DNA of 64,000 nucleotides. It comes from a virus. Shown here one piece after another: positions 18,317 to 26,302 of the stretch. The stretch is from positions 9,916 to 73,915 of the IMG/VR virus record IMGVR_UViG_2919614203_000001. The stretch is one strand, 5' to 3'. How positions within the stretch are numbered: position 1 is the first letter of the stretch; each line of letters starts with the position of its first letter. A program made the position numbers and the translations under genes. The notes below the pieces were generated by a model. The model had not been told where the DNA came from. It saw only the letters and a program-made list of their open reading frames with translations, and did not search any database.

Positions 18317-19420
18317 TCAGGGAGCGGGGCGGGCGGGTGCCTTGCCGACGACGATGTTTTCGACCAGCGCGACTTCGCGCAGATCTTCGACGACGAAATC
18401 TTCGTTCACCGATTCGTAGTTCGCCACGCGATCGAATTCGGGTTCGTCGGCGAGGCGGCGGCGGCGGGTGCCTTCCTGCCAATAGATCGACAGGTTATCG
18501 AGGCGGGTGATCAGCAGCGCGTCGGCCGGGAAGAACGGGACGCGAACCGCCGGCAGGCCGCCCAGCTGCTTCGTCGAACGGATGATCCGGTCGGCCGCTT
18601 CGACTTCGGTCGCGGTCGTGCCGGCGCCCTGCGCGATCTGGAAATACTTGTCGTCGACCAGGTCATGACCGACGATGACGACCAGTTCGGTGTCGCTGCG
18701 GCGCCATTCGGGAATGAGGCGCTTGGCATCCAGGACGAGCGCGTCGAGCGAGGCATAATCGACATCGGCGTCGACCGCGTTCGTGCCGTCAAACAGGTCG
18801 CCGGCGCCGACATAGATCGCTTTCAGGGCCGCGTTGTTCGTGCCGTCGGTTTCGACAGTCAGGTTCCCGTCGTCGAAAACCTGGCCGGCCGCGCGGGTGC
18901 GGATTTTGTGCAGCCAGCCTTCGTTAACGTCCTGCAGGAGCGGGTTCGCGACGCGATCGGTCGCCGCGGCGATCGACGTGCCGTTCCAACCGATCATGAT
19001 CCGGTCGCGGGCCTGCTGTTTTAGGATCGCGTTGCGGACGACCAGTTCGAAATTCTCCTTGTGGCGCCAGGCGTCCAGCTTCGAATAGCGCAGCGACCAG
19101 TCGTAATCCGTCTTCGTGCAGAAATACGGATTGTCGCTGGTATCGGTCGGGTCGGCCGGGTTGCGGCGATTTCCGGCGGCGGTGTTGGTGCGACCGGCGG
19201 TCGTCTTGGTCGTGGCGACGCCGACGGCTTCACCCGACTGTTCGATCACCGGAACGACATTGATCAGCTGCAGGAATTCGACCGATTCCTGCATCGTTTC
19301 TTCGACGGTCTGGGCGACGGCCGGATCGACGGTGAACTTGACGGTCGCGCTGTCGACGCTGTTCAGCAGCGCGATCTGGCTGACGTAGGCGCCGAACAGG
19401 GCGCGGGTGGCGGTGTGCAT
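18317..19420 (-). CDS. gpN: Major capsid protein, P2 family
   Basis: F.VDP.V.Q.VE..MQES..FL, DRI.IGWNG.S.A, NPLLQDVN.GW, VPFFP, RLDNLSIYWQEG. Confidence 0.95.
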   Translation of the reverse strand: MHTATRALFGAYVSQIALLNSVDSATVKFTVDPAVAQTVEETMQESVEFLQLINVVPVIEQSGEAVGVATTKTTAGRTNTAAGNRRNPADPTDTSDNPYFCTKTDYDWSLRYSKLDAWRHKENFELVVRNAILKQQARDRIMIGWNGTSIAAATDRVANPLLQDVNEGWLHKIRTRAAGQVFDDGNLTVETDGTNNAALKAIYVGAGDLFDGTNAVDADVDYASLDALVLDAKRLIPEWRRSDTELVVIVGHDLVDDKYFQIAQGAGTTATEVEAADRIIRSTKQLGGLPAVRVPFFPADALLITRLDNLSIYWQEGTRRRRLADEPEFDRVANYESVNEDFVVEDLREVALVENIVVGKAPARPAP

Positions 19421-19471
19421 GGGTCGTGTTCCTCTAGCGAAGGGGCGCGGGGTTCGTGTGGCGGTTCGGGG

Positions 19472-20371
19472 TCAGCAGTTGGTTTTCGCGGTGCCGTTGC
19501 CGCCGGTGGCGGGCGGGCGGTTCGTGAAGCCAGGGGCGGGGATCTTGCCGATCGTTTCCGACAGCGTCGCGACCTGGGCGGTCAGCGCGGTCACTTCGGC
19601 CTGGCGCGCTTCGCCGGCCGTGCGCAGATCCGCGAAGGCGGTCAGCATGGCCGTGCCGAGCGCGGCGACCTGGGCGGTCAGTTCGGCGATTTCGGGCGCT
19701 GCCGCCGGCGCGGCCGGATCGGCGGCCGGTTGCGCCGGCTGTTCGACGATCGCAGGCGCGGCCGGGCCGGCGGTCAGCTTTTCGACCAGGGCGCCGATCT
19801 TGGCGAAAATCCCGGTCGGGTCGGCCGACGCGGTCGGATCGACCGTTTCGCCTTCCATTTCGATTTCGGCTTCGATCGCCGCGCTGAACAGGTTGGCCGC
19901 GTCCAGCTTGCGGCCGGCCAGCGGCGACTTGTCGCCCTGGGTCGCGCAGAACTGTAGCATTTCGGTGCCGAGCGACGCGGGGCTGTCGGTCACGGCGAGG
20001 CCGACCAGATAGGCCTTGCCGGTGCCGGCGAAGTTCGGGTTCACTTCGATCGACGAATAAAGCTTTTGTTTCGCGCGGTTGATTTCGACCAGGCTGTCGA
20101 GCGCGTCGATCTGGGCGAACAGGGCCAGGCGCTTTTCGGTCTTGCCGCCGACGTCGAGGTCGATCGTTTCGGTTTTCAGCGCGACGACGTCGCCCAGCGA
20201 GGAAAACGGGCCGGTCGCGGTGGCGCCGCGAATGTGTTCCATGTTGACGCGCGCCGCATAAGTGGCGGGCTTGTAGGTCGCCGCCATGTCTTCGATCCAC
20301 TTGCGGTCGATCGTGCGGCCGTCGGTCGTCGCGCCTTCGACTGCGACCCGGAAAAAACGCGATTTCGCCAT
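19472..20371 (-). CDS. gpO: Capsid scaffolding protein O
   Basis: FFRVAVEGATTDGR.I, MEHIRG, K.YSSIEV, YLVGLAVTDSPASLGTE. Confidence 0.95.
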   Translation of the reverse strand: MAKSRFFRVAVEGATTDGRTIDRKWIEDMAATYKPATYAARVNMEHIRGATATGPFSSLGDVVALKTETIDLDVGGKTEKRLALFAQIDALDSLVEINRAKQKLYSSIEVNPNFAGTGKAYLVGLAVTDSPASLGTEMLQFCATQGDKSPLAGRKLDAANLFSAAIEAEIEMEGETVDPTASADPTGIFAKIGALVEKLTAGPAAPAIVEQPAQPAADPAAPAAAPEIAELTAQVAALGTAMLTAFADLRTAGEARQAEVTALTAQVATLSETIGKIPAPGFTNRPPATGGNGTAKTNC

Positions 20372-20474
20372 TTGAACTTGCTCCGTCCTGCGTTGTGTGG
20401 CGCGCCAGGCGGGACGGCGGCCGGTGAGTTGACGACAAAGGGCCGGTTCGCAGGCCTATTCGCAACGCGGGCGC

Positions 20475-20497
20475 GTTGTGGCGCGCGGCGTCACAAC
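20475..20497. promoter_or_regulatory. GTTGT-N13-ACAAC late-promoter motif, copy 3 (divergent O/P region)
   Basis: GTTGTGGCGCGCGGCGTCACAAC(GGG), 47 bp before gpP start. Confidence 0.7.
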
Positions 20498-20543
20498 GGG
20501 GGGCGGTTCGGGAAGGGGACCGCGCGGGCATAGCGTCGCCGGC

Positions 20544-22439
20544 ATGGCAAGCCTGGCGATCGACGATCCTGAACTGAACGAACCAGCGTCGACCGGGATC
20601 CCGGCGACCGGCGAGGGCGGTGGCGCGATCGGCGTTGTGTCGTCGGCGTTCGCCATGCCGGCGCGGCGCCGCGCGCGATCGCTATACTGGCAAGGCTGGA
20701 CGCAAACCCAGATCGGCGAGGAATTGGGCCTTTCGATCAACACGATCGCGGCCTGGAAACGGCGCGACGACTGGGACGCGGCCGCGCCGCTGGAACAGGC
20801 GCAGGACGCGACCGTCGCCCGCTATGTCCAGCTGATCGCGAAAGAGAAGAAAACCGGGACCGATTTCAAGGAAATCGACCTGCTGGGCCGGCAGATGGAA
20901 CGCCAGGCGCGGATCGAGAAATACCTGGGCGGCGGGAATGAGGCCGACCTGAACCCCAATGTCGCGAACCGCAATACCGCCGAAGTGCGCGAGAAAAAGA
21001 CCAAGGCGAAAAACCTGATCACGCCGGACATGGTCGCCCAGCTGCGCGACGACATGGCGGGCGAACTGTTCGGGCATCAAACCGACTGGCTGTCGACGAC
21101 CGCGCTGCGGACCCGCATGATCCTGAAATCGCGGCAGATCGGCGCGACCTGGTATTTCGCGCGCGAACGACTGTTGGTCGCGCTGGAAAGCGGGAAAAAC
21201 CAGATCTTCATTTCGGCGAGCCGCGCCCAGGCGAACATTTTCCGAAACTACATCGTGCAATGGGTGCAGGCGGTTTGTGGAATCACGCTGAAAGGCGACC
21301 CGATCGTCATTCAACGGGGAGAGGATGAGGACGGCGCGGCGCTGGATCCGGTCGAACTGCATTTCCTGGGCACGAATTACCGGACGGCGCAGGGCTATCA
21401 CGGCGACGTCATCATCGACGAATGTTTCTGGATCTACGGGTTCGAAGAACTGTTCAAGGTCGCGTCGGCGATGGCGACCCAGCGGCAATATGCGATCACG
21501 CTGTTTTCGACGCCGTCGACCCTGGCCCATGAGGCCTATCCCATGTGGTGCGGGGACAGGTTCAACAAACGCCGCGCCAAGGCCGACCGGATCCGCCTGG
21601 ACATTTCGCACGACGCCCTGAAAGCGGGCGCGGCCGGCGCCGACGGGATCTGGCGCCAGATCGTGACGATCGACGACGCGATCGCCGGCGGGTTCGACCT
21701 GGTCGATCCGGCCCAGCTGCAGCTGCAATATGCGGTCGACGAATATGAAAACCTGTTCGGTTGCGTGTTCCTGGACGACAGCCAATCGATGTTCCCGCTG
21801 GCCGCCATGCGCCGGTGCATGGTCGACAGCTGGGATGAATGGCAGGATCTGCAGCCTTATTCGCTGCGGCCCTTCGGCGACGGCGAAGTGTGGCTGGGCT
21901 ATGACCCGAACGCGAGCGAGAACGGGACCGGCGACGACGCCGCCCTGGTTGCGGTGGCGCCGCCGTCGAAGATCGGCGGGACGTTCCGGATCCTGGAGAA
22001 ACGCCGCCTGAAAGGGCTGGATTTCGCCGGCCAGGCCGACGCGATCAAGGAATTCTGCAGCCGCTATCGCGTGACGAAAATCGGGATAGACACGACCGGC
22101 GCGGGCAAGGCCGTGCATCAGCTGGTTTCGAAATTCTTCCCGACCGCCGAAGCGATCAACTATTCGATCGACACGAAAACCGCGCTGGTTCTGAAAGCGA
22201 AAAACGTGATCACCAGCGGCCGGTTGAAGTTCGACGCCGGGTGGCTGGACGTCGCCACGGCGTTCATGGCGATCCGCCCGGAAATCACGAAAGGCGGGTC
22301 GCGCGTCACCTATGTCGCGAGCCGCGCCGGCGGGGCCGGCCATGCCGATCTTGCCTGGGCGATCATGCATGCCCTGCAATTCGAACCCCTGGACATTTCC
22401 GAACCCGCCGGTGGCGGGTCGACCGTGGAGATCTGCTAA
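20544..22439 (+). CDS. gpP: Terminase ATPase subunit P
   Basis: N-terminal HTH (LYWQGW...WKRRD.W), Walker A LKSRQIGATWYFARE, IDECFW, nuclease WLGYDP and HAD.AWA.MHA. Confidence 0.95.
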   Translation: MASLAIDDPELNEPASTGIPATGEGGGAIGVVSSAFAMPARRRARSLYWQGWTQTQIGEELGLSINTIAAWKRRDDWDAAAPLEQAQDATVARYVQLIAKEKKTGTDFKEIDLLGRQMERQARIEKYLGGGNEADLNPNVANRNTAEVREKKTKAKNLITPDMVAQLRDDMAGELFGHQTDWLSTTALRTRMILKSRQIGATWYFARERLLVALESGKNQIFISASRAQANIFRNYIVQWVQAVCGITLKGDPIVIQRGEDEDGAALDPVELHFLGTNYRTAQGYHGDVIIDECFWIYGFEELFKVASAMATQRQYAITLFSTPSTLAHEAYPMWCGDRFNKRRAKADRIRLDISHDALKAGAAGADGIWRQIVTIDDAIAGGFDLVDPAQLQLQYAVDEYENLFGCVFLDDSQSMFPLAAMRRCMVDSWDEWQDLQPYSLRPFGDGEVWLGYDPNASENGTGDDAALVAVAPPSKIGGTFRILEKRRLKGLDFAGQADAIKEFCSRYRVTKIGIDTTGAGKAVHQLVSKFFPTAEAINYSIDTKTALVLKAKNVITSGRLKFDAGWLDVATAFMAIRPEITKGGSRVTYVASRAGGAGHADLAWAIMHALQFEPLDISEPAGGGSTVEIC

Positions 22440-23498
22440 ATGACCGAACATCTGCAGCTGGCCGCGCCGGCCGACGGCGCCCTGGCGAACCCGGATCCGA
22501 TCGCCGAAGTCTTCACGTTCGGCGATCCCGAATCCGTGCTGGATCGCGGCGAGATCTTCGACCTGTTCGAAACGGTGCAGAACGGCCGCTGGTATGAACC
22601 GCCGATCAGCCAGGCGGGCCTGGCGCGGGCCTATCGCATGACCAGCCACCATCAGTCGGCGATCGTGCTGAAACGAAACCTGCTGGTTCGCGCGTTCAAG
22701 CCTTCGGATCTGCTGTCGACGACGGCCTTTTCGCGCTGGGTTCTGGACTGGCTGTTGATGGGCAACGCCTACATGGAAGCGCAGCGGAACCTGGCCGGTG
22801 ACGTCGTGCGGCTGATCCCGGCGCCGGCGGTCTATACCCGGCGCGGGGTCGAGGCGGGCCAGTTCTTTTTCGTCCGGTCGCAGTTCCTGCAGAACAAGGC
22901 CCACGAATTCGCGCGCGGGGCGGTGCATCACCTGATCGAGCCCGATCCGATGCAGGAAATCTACGGGATGCCGGAATATCTTTCGGCGATGCAGTCGGGC
23001 CTGTTGAACGAGGCCGCGACGCTGTTCCGGCGCCGGTATTATCGCAACGGATCGCATGCCGGGTTCATCCTCTACATCAGCGAGGAAGGCCTAGGGACCG
23101 TCGACAGCGACGCGATCCGCAAGGCGATGAAGGACGCGAAGGGGCCGGGGAATTTCCGGAACCTGTATCTGCATATCCCGAAGGGCAAGAAAGACGGTGT
23201 GCAAATCCTGCCGATCAGCGAGGTCGCCGCGAAAGATGATTTCCTGAATATCAAGGACACGACGCGCGACGACGTTCTGGCCGCGCATCGGGTGCCGCCG
23301 CAGCTGCTGGGCATCGTGCCGAAGAACGCTGGCGGGTTCGGGAATGTCGTCGACGCGGCCAGGACGTTCTACGAACTGGAAATCGAGCCGATCCAGCAGC
23401 GGCTTTGCGAGTTGAACGAATTCCTGGGCTTTGAAGCGATCGCCTTTACGCCGCGGGAAGGGCTGGCGATGCTGACCAGCCAGGCGCCGGCCGACTAA
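22440..23498 (+). CDS. gpQ: Portal protein, PBSX/P2 family
   Basis: FTFGDP..V, WYEPP.S, QEIYG.PEY, RRYY.NG.HAG.I, AAHRVPP.L.GI.P. Confidence 0.95.
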   Translation: MTEHLQLAAPADGALANPDPIAEVFTFGDPESVLDRGEIFDLFETVQNGRWYEPPISQAGLARAYRMTSHHQSAIVLKRNLLVRAFKPSDLLSTTAFSRWVLDWLLMGNAYMEAQRNLAGDVVRLIPAPAVYTRRGVEAGQFFFVRSQFLQNKAHEFARGAVHHLIEPDPMQEIYGMPEYLSAMQSGLLNEAATLFRRRYYRNGSHAGFILYISEEGLGTVDSDAIRKAMKDAKGPGNFRNLYLHIPKGKKDGVQILPISEVAAKDDFLNIKDTTRDDVLAAHRVPPQLLGIVPKNAGGFGNVVDAARTFYELEIEPIQQRLCELNEFLGFEAIAFTPREGLAMLTSQAPAD

Positions 23499-23683
23499 GG
23501 TCCGGCCGATCGGCCAGGTGCGTCGCTGGATCCGGCGCCCTGGTCGACCAGGCGATCGGCACCGCGCCAGATCAGCGGCTGATCGCCGCGCTGCAAGCGG
23601 CCCATCGCGGCCGCGTTCCGAAAGATCCTGACCGACCCGTCGGCGTTCATGACCGGGCGGCCTTTCCTGACAAGATAGAACAT
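23495..23683 (-). CDS. Possible small protein convergent on portal
   Basis: 62-aa ORF MFYLVRKGRPV... with GGGAA upstream; no recognisable motif. Confidence 0.3.
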   Translation of the reverse strand: MFYLVRKGRPVMNADGSVRIFRNAAAMGRLQRGDQPLIWRGADRLVDQGAGSSDAPGRSAGP

Positions 23684-23861
23684 GGGTTCGATTCCCAGGC
23701 GATGATTGCGTCGGCCTGGGCATAGCTGCGCGCGCGGGGCGCGTATCCAACAAACGACAGCGGTCGATCGGCGGGCAGGGCAGGGCCAGCGACGCCAGCG
23801 CGCGCCCTGGGCGGTCGCCGCGCACGCCAGGCCGGCCGACGTCATCCACGCCCCGCGCGCC

Positions 23862-23883
23862 GCGCTTTCCCCCACGCCCCGCC
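23862..23883 (-). other. P2-like cos site
   Basis: Minus strand GGCGGGGCGTGGGGGAAAGCGC resembles P2 cos GGCGAGGCGGGGAAAGCAC with a 3-nt insert; lies just beyond portal 3' end as in P2. Confidence 0.6.
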
Positions 23884-24043
23884 CGACCTTTCAGGCAATG
23901 GATTTTTTGCAGATGAGGCGGCGGCCGTGCGGGACTTGAGGCGGCCAGGGTAGGGACCGCCGGCGAAACGGGGAAAACGGCGGAATTCAGCCATTGCAGC
24001 CCAGACTTGGCGCGATCGTGACGATCTTCGGGCCAGGCAGGGG

Positions 24044-24306
24044 TCGGGGGAACCCTTACATTTATGACATTCGACGAAATTGGAATTCAACGGTCTGAAT
24101 TTGCTGAATAAAAATGTAATAGCTTGGCCCTGACACGACCCTGACATTTCCCCAGCCTCTCCATTATATCGTTGATTTATAACGATATTATAAGATCACA
24201 ATATAAGGGTTGCTGACCCTGATTAGGTAATGGCGATGTAAGGGCAAATGTAATGGCGCAAACCCGCAGAAAACTGCCAATGTCAGGAATGTCAGGGTTT
24301 TCCCGA
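24044..24306. repeat. AT-rich nested inverted-repeat region, origin-like
   Basis: 28-bp outer IR (24044-24071 / 24279-24306, 23/28 match), ~9 T(G/T)ACA(T) motifs in both orientations, central ATATCGTT-N7-AACGATAT (24166-24188). Confidence 0.7.
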
Positions 24307-24527
24307 TCCCCCCCGAACATTTGAGAGGCACGGCGCGCCGCGTTGCGAGATTTCTTTTGCGCTTCTGTGCTGACTTGTGCGCGCGGAACCGCCCGACTGG
24401 GACAGGCCGACCAGCGCGCGAGAGGACGGGCCGGCGCGGTCAATATGCGGCCAGGTGAGGTTTACAAATCATAGGTAAGTTATTGATATGTCTGGGCGAG
24501 TGCGGGGAATAGTTTACGAAAAAATCA

Positions 24528-24557
24528 TATGATTTCAGTTGGACACTGGAAATCATA
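24528..24557. other. Symmetric att junction (phage arm side)
   Basis: TATGATTTCAGT-TGGAC-ACTGGAAATCATA inverted repeat running into the anticodon loop; AAATCAT repeated upstream. Confidence 0.6.
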
Positions 24558-24596
24558 ATCCGCGTGTCGGGGGTTCAAGTCCCTCCTCCGCTACCA
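24551..24596 (+). tRNA. 3' half of non-initiator tRNA-CAT (Met or Ile2); att core, not an intact gene
   Basis: ATCATAA anticodon loop, TCCGC, GGGGG-TTCAAGT-CCCTC T-arm, CTCCGCT-A-CCA; no D-arm or 5' acceptor strand upstream. Confidence 0.85.
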
Positions 24597-26178
24597 CCGG
24601 CACCGTACCTTTTCGGATTTGGGGCTTCAGGCCTTGGCCGAGGGCGGTGAGGATGGCCAGTCTTCCGTCGATATCGATGTGCATGCCGCGGCCCTCCTCC
24701 TTGGGGGTGAGGGTTACGCGGTCGATCAGGGCGCGGAGGGCGTTTCGGGCCTGGCGCATCGTGTCCGGCGTGTCGTCGGTCAGCGTGGCGGTGAGGTCTT
24801 CGACCGCCTTGCGATAGGCCTCTGCCGCTGCGGGGTGGAGAGTGACGACTCGCGCCACGTCGGCGTCGGCCACGGTTTCGGCGATCGCGTCGCGTTCGGC
24901 GCGGAGGTCGCGCAGGCGCTGGACAACGTCCTGGATGTCGCCGGCGCCGGCCTCGATCGCGGTCATCCATCGGTCAATCTGCCGATCGAGGTCGGCCGCC
25001 TTCTTTTGCTGGCGCGCCGCGACGATGCGGTCTTCCTGCTGCAGGCGCGTGCGTTCGGCGTGGTAGGCCCGCACGGCGGCGGCGACGCGATCGGGCGAGA
25101 GCAGCTCGCGCTCCATTCCCGCAAGCACACGGCGTTCGATCGCGGTGTTGTCCATCGTCCGCCGGTTGTCGCAGGTGCCGGTCTTCCGCGCGTTGCTGCA
25201 GCCCCATTTGCCGTCGGCGATGATCGTCATGTTGCCGCCGCAGCTGCCACAGGTGACGAGGCCCGAGAGCAGCTTCTTCGGACGGACCAGGCGCTTGAAG
25301 TCCCAGTCCTTCGTTTCGGCGCGGCGCTCGCGCACGGCGTCCCACTCTGCCTGAGTGATGATGGCGAGATCGGGAACCGGCGTGACCTGCCACTCCTCGC
25401 GCGGGTTGACGCGGGGGACGCGGCGGCGGGTTTGCGGGTCGCGGACCATGCGGGTGCGGTTGTAGACGAGCTCGCCCACGTAGATCGCGTTGCAGAGTAT
25501 GCCGTTGCCGCGGACGGTGTCGCCGTTGATCGTGCTGACGTTCCAGCTGCCGCCGGTCGGGCCGGGAATGCCCTCGGCATTCAGTCGGCGGGCTATGGCG
25601 AGGGGCGATTCGCCGTCGAGATATTCGCGGTAGATCCGGCGGATGATGGCGGCCTGATCCTCGTCGATCTCGCGCAGGCCGCGTTCGGGCTCTCCCTTTG
25701 CGTCGAGCCGGTGCACCTTGCGGTAGCCGTAGACGACATTTCCCGGCACGCGGCCGTTCGCCACCCGGCCCGATTGGCCGCGCCTGATCTTGTCGGCCAG
25801 ATCCTTGCGGAACAGGCTGGCCATCGTGCCCTTGAAGCCGATCTGCAGTTCGTCGACCGCGCCTTCGGACAGGGTGACGATGCGCGCGCCGGCAAAGGCG
25901 ATGCGCTTGTGGATGTTGGCGAGGTCTTCCTGATCGCGCGACAGGCGGTCGATCGCTTCGGCCAGCACCTGGTCGGCGTGGCCGGCGGAGACGTGTTCGA
26001 TCAGGGCGTTGAGGCCGGGCCGGTCGCGCACCGCGCCGCTGATGGCGTAATCGGAAAAGACCTGCGTGACCTGCCACCCTTCGCGTTCGGCGCGGGCGGT
26101 GCAGACGCGCACCTGATCCTCGATCGAGCTATCTTTCTGCAGCTGGCTGCTGAAGCGGGCGTAGATCGCGGTGCGCAT
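24553..26178 (-). CDS. Large serine recombinase (integrase)
   Basis: MRTAIYARFSS (catalytic Ser), SG....RPGL..L, DRLSRD, recombinase domain YGY...IY, Zn ribbon LLSGLVTCGSCG...C...C, coiled coil. Confidence 0.95.
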   Translation of the reverse strand: MRTAIYARFSSQLQKDSSIEDQVRVCTARAEREGWQVTQVFSDYAISGAVRDRPGLNALIEHVSAGHADQVLAEAIDRLSRDQEDLANIHKRIAFAGARIVTLSEGAVDELQIGFKGTMASLFRKDLADKIRRGQSGRVANGRVPGNVVYGYRKVHRLDAKGEPERGLREIDEDQAAIIRRIYREYLDGESPLAIARRLNAEGIPGPTGGSWNVSTINGDTVRGNGILCNAIYVGELVYNRTRMVRDPQTRRRVPRVNPREEWQVTPVPDLAIITQAEWDAVRERRAETKDWDFKRLVRPKKLLSGLVTCGSCGGNMTIIADGKWGCSNARKTGTCDNRRTMDNTAIERRVLAGMERELLSPDRVAAAVRAYHAERTRLQQEDRIVAARQQKKAADLDRQIDRWMTAIEAGAGDIQDVVQRLRDLRAERDAIAETVADADVARVVTLHPAAAEAYRKAVEDLTATLTDDTPDTMRQARNALRALIDRVTLTPKEEGRGMHIDIDGRLAILTALGQGLKPQIRKGTVPVVAEEGLEPPTRGL

Positions 26179-26302
26179 GGCGGGTTTCCGGAGTGGCGGC
26201 GAGCGAATCGGCATGATGCTGCCGCGCGAGGGTGCGCGCAATGGCCAGCGCGATCACGTCGAGCGGATCGTCGGCCAGCGGAATGCGCGCGGGGGCGTTC
26301 AT
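26129..26302 (-). CDS. Small protein overlapping integrase start (RDF candidate)
   Basis: 57 aa, ATGA-coupled to MTase stop, helical LDVIALAIARTLARQ segment. Confidence 0.4.
   Translation of the reverse strand: MNAPARIPLADDPLDVIALAIARTLARQHHADSLAATPETRHAHRDLRPLQQPAAER

Larger units (their letters stand above)
1..24596. mobile_element. Prophage 1, P2-like (contractile tail); left end outside window
   Basis: Complete Q-P-O-N-M-L-X-R-S-J-I-H-V-W-FI-FII-E-T-U-D homolog set, cos-like site, ends at tRNA 3' fragment. Inclusion of the MTase gene is inferred. Confidence 0.9.

Noticed and set aside
17370-19470. Alphaproteobacterial LexA boxes (GTTC-N7-GTTC)
   Set aside because: GTTC pairs seen near 17367 and 19453 have 5- and 8-nt spacing, not 7.
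24551-24596. Intact tRNA gene
   Set aside because: No D-arm or 5' acceptor strand; only the 3' half is present, so it is treated as an att core.
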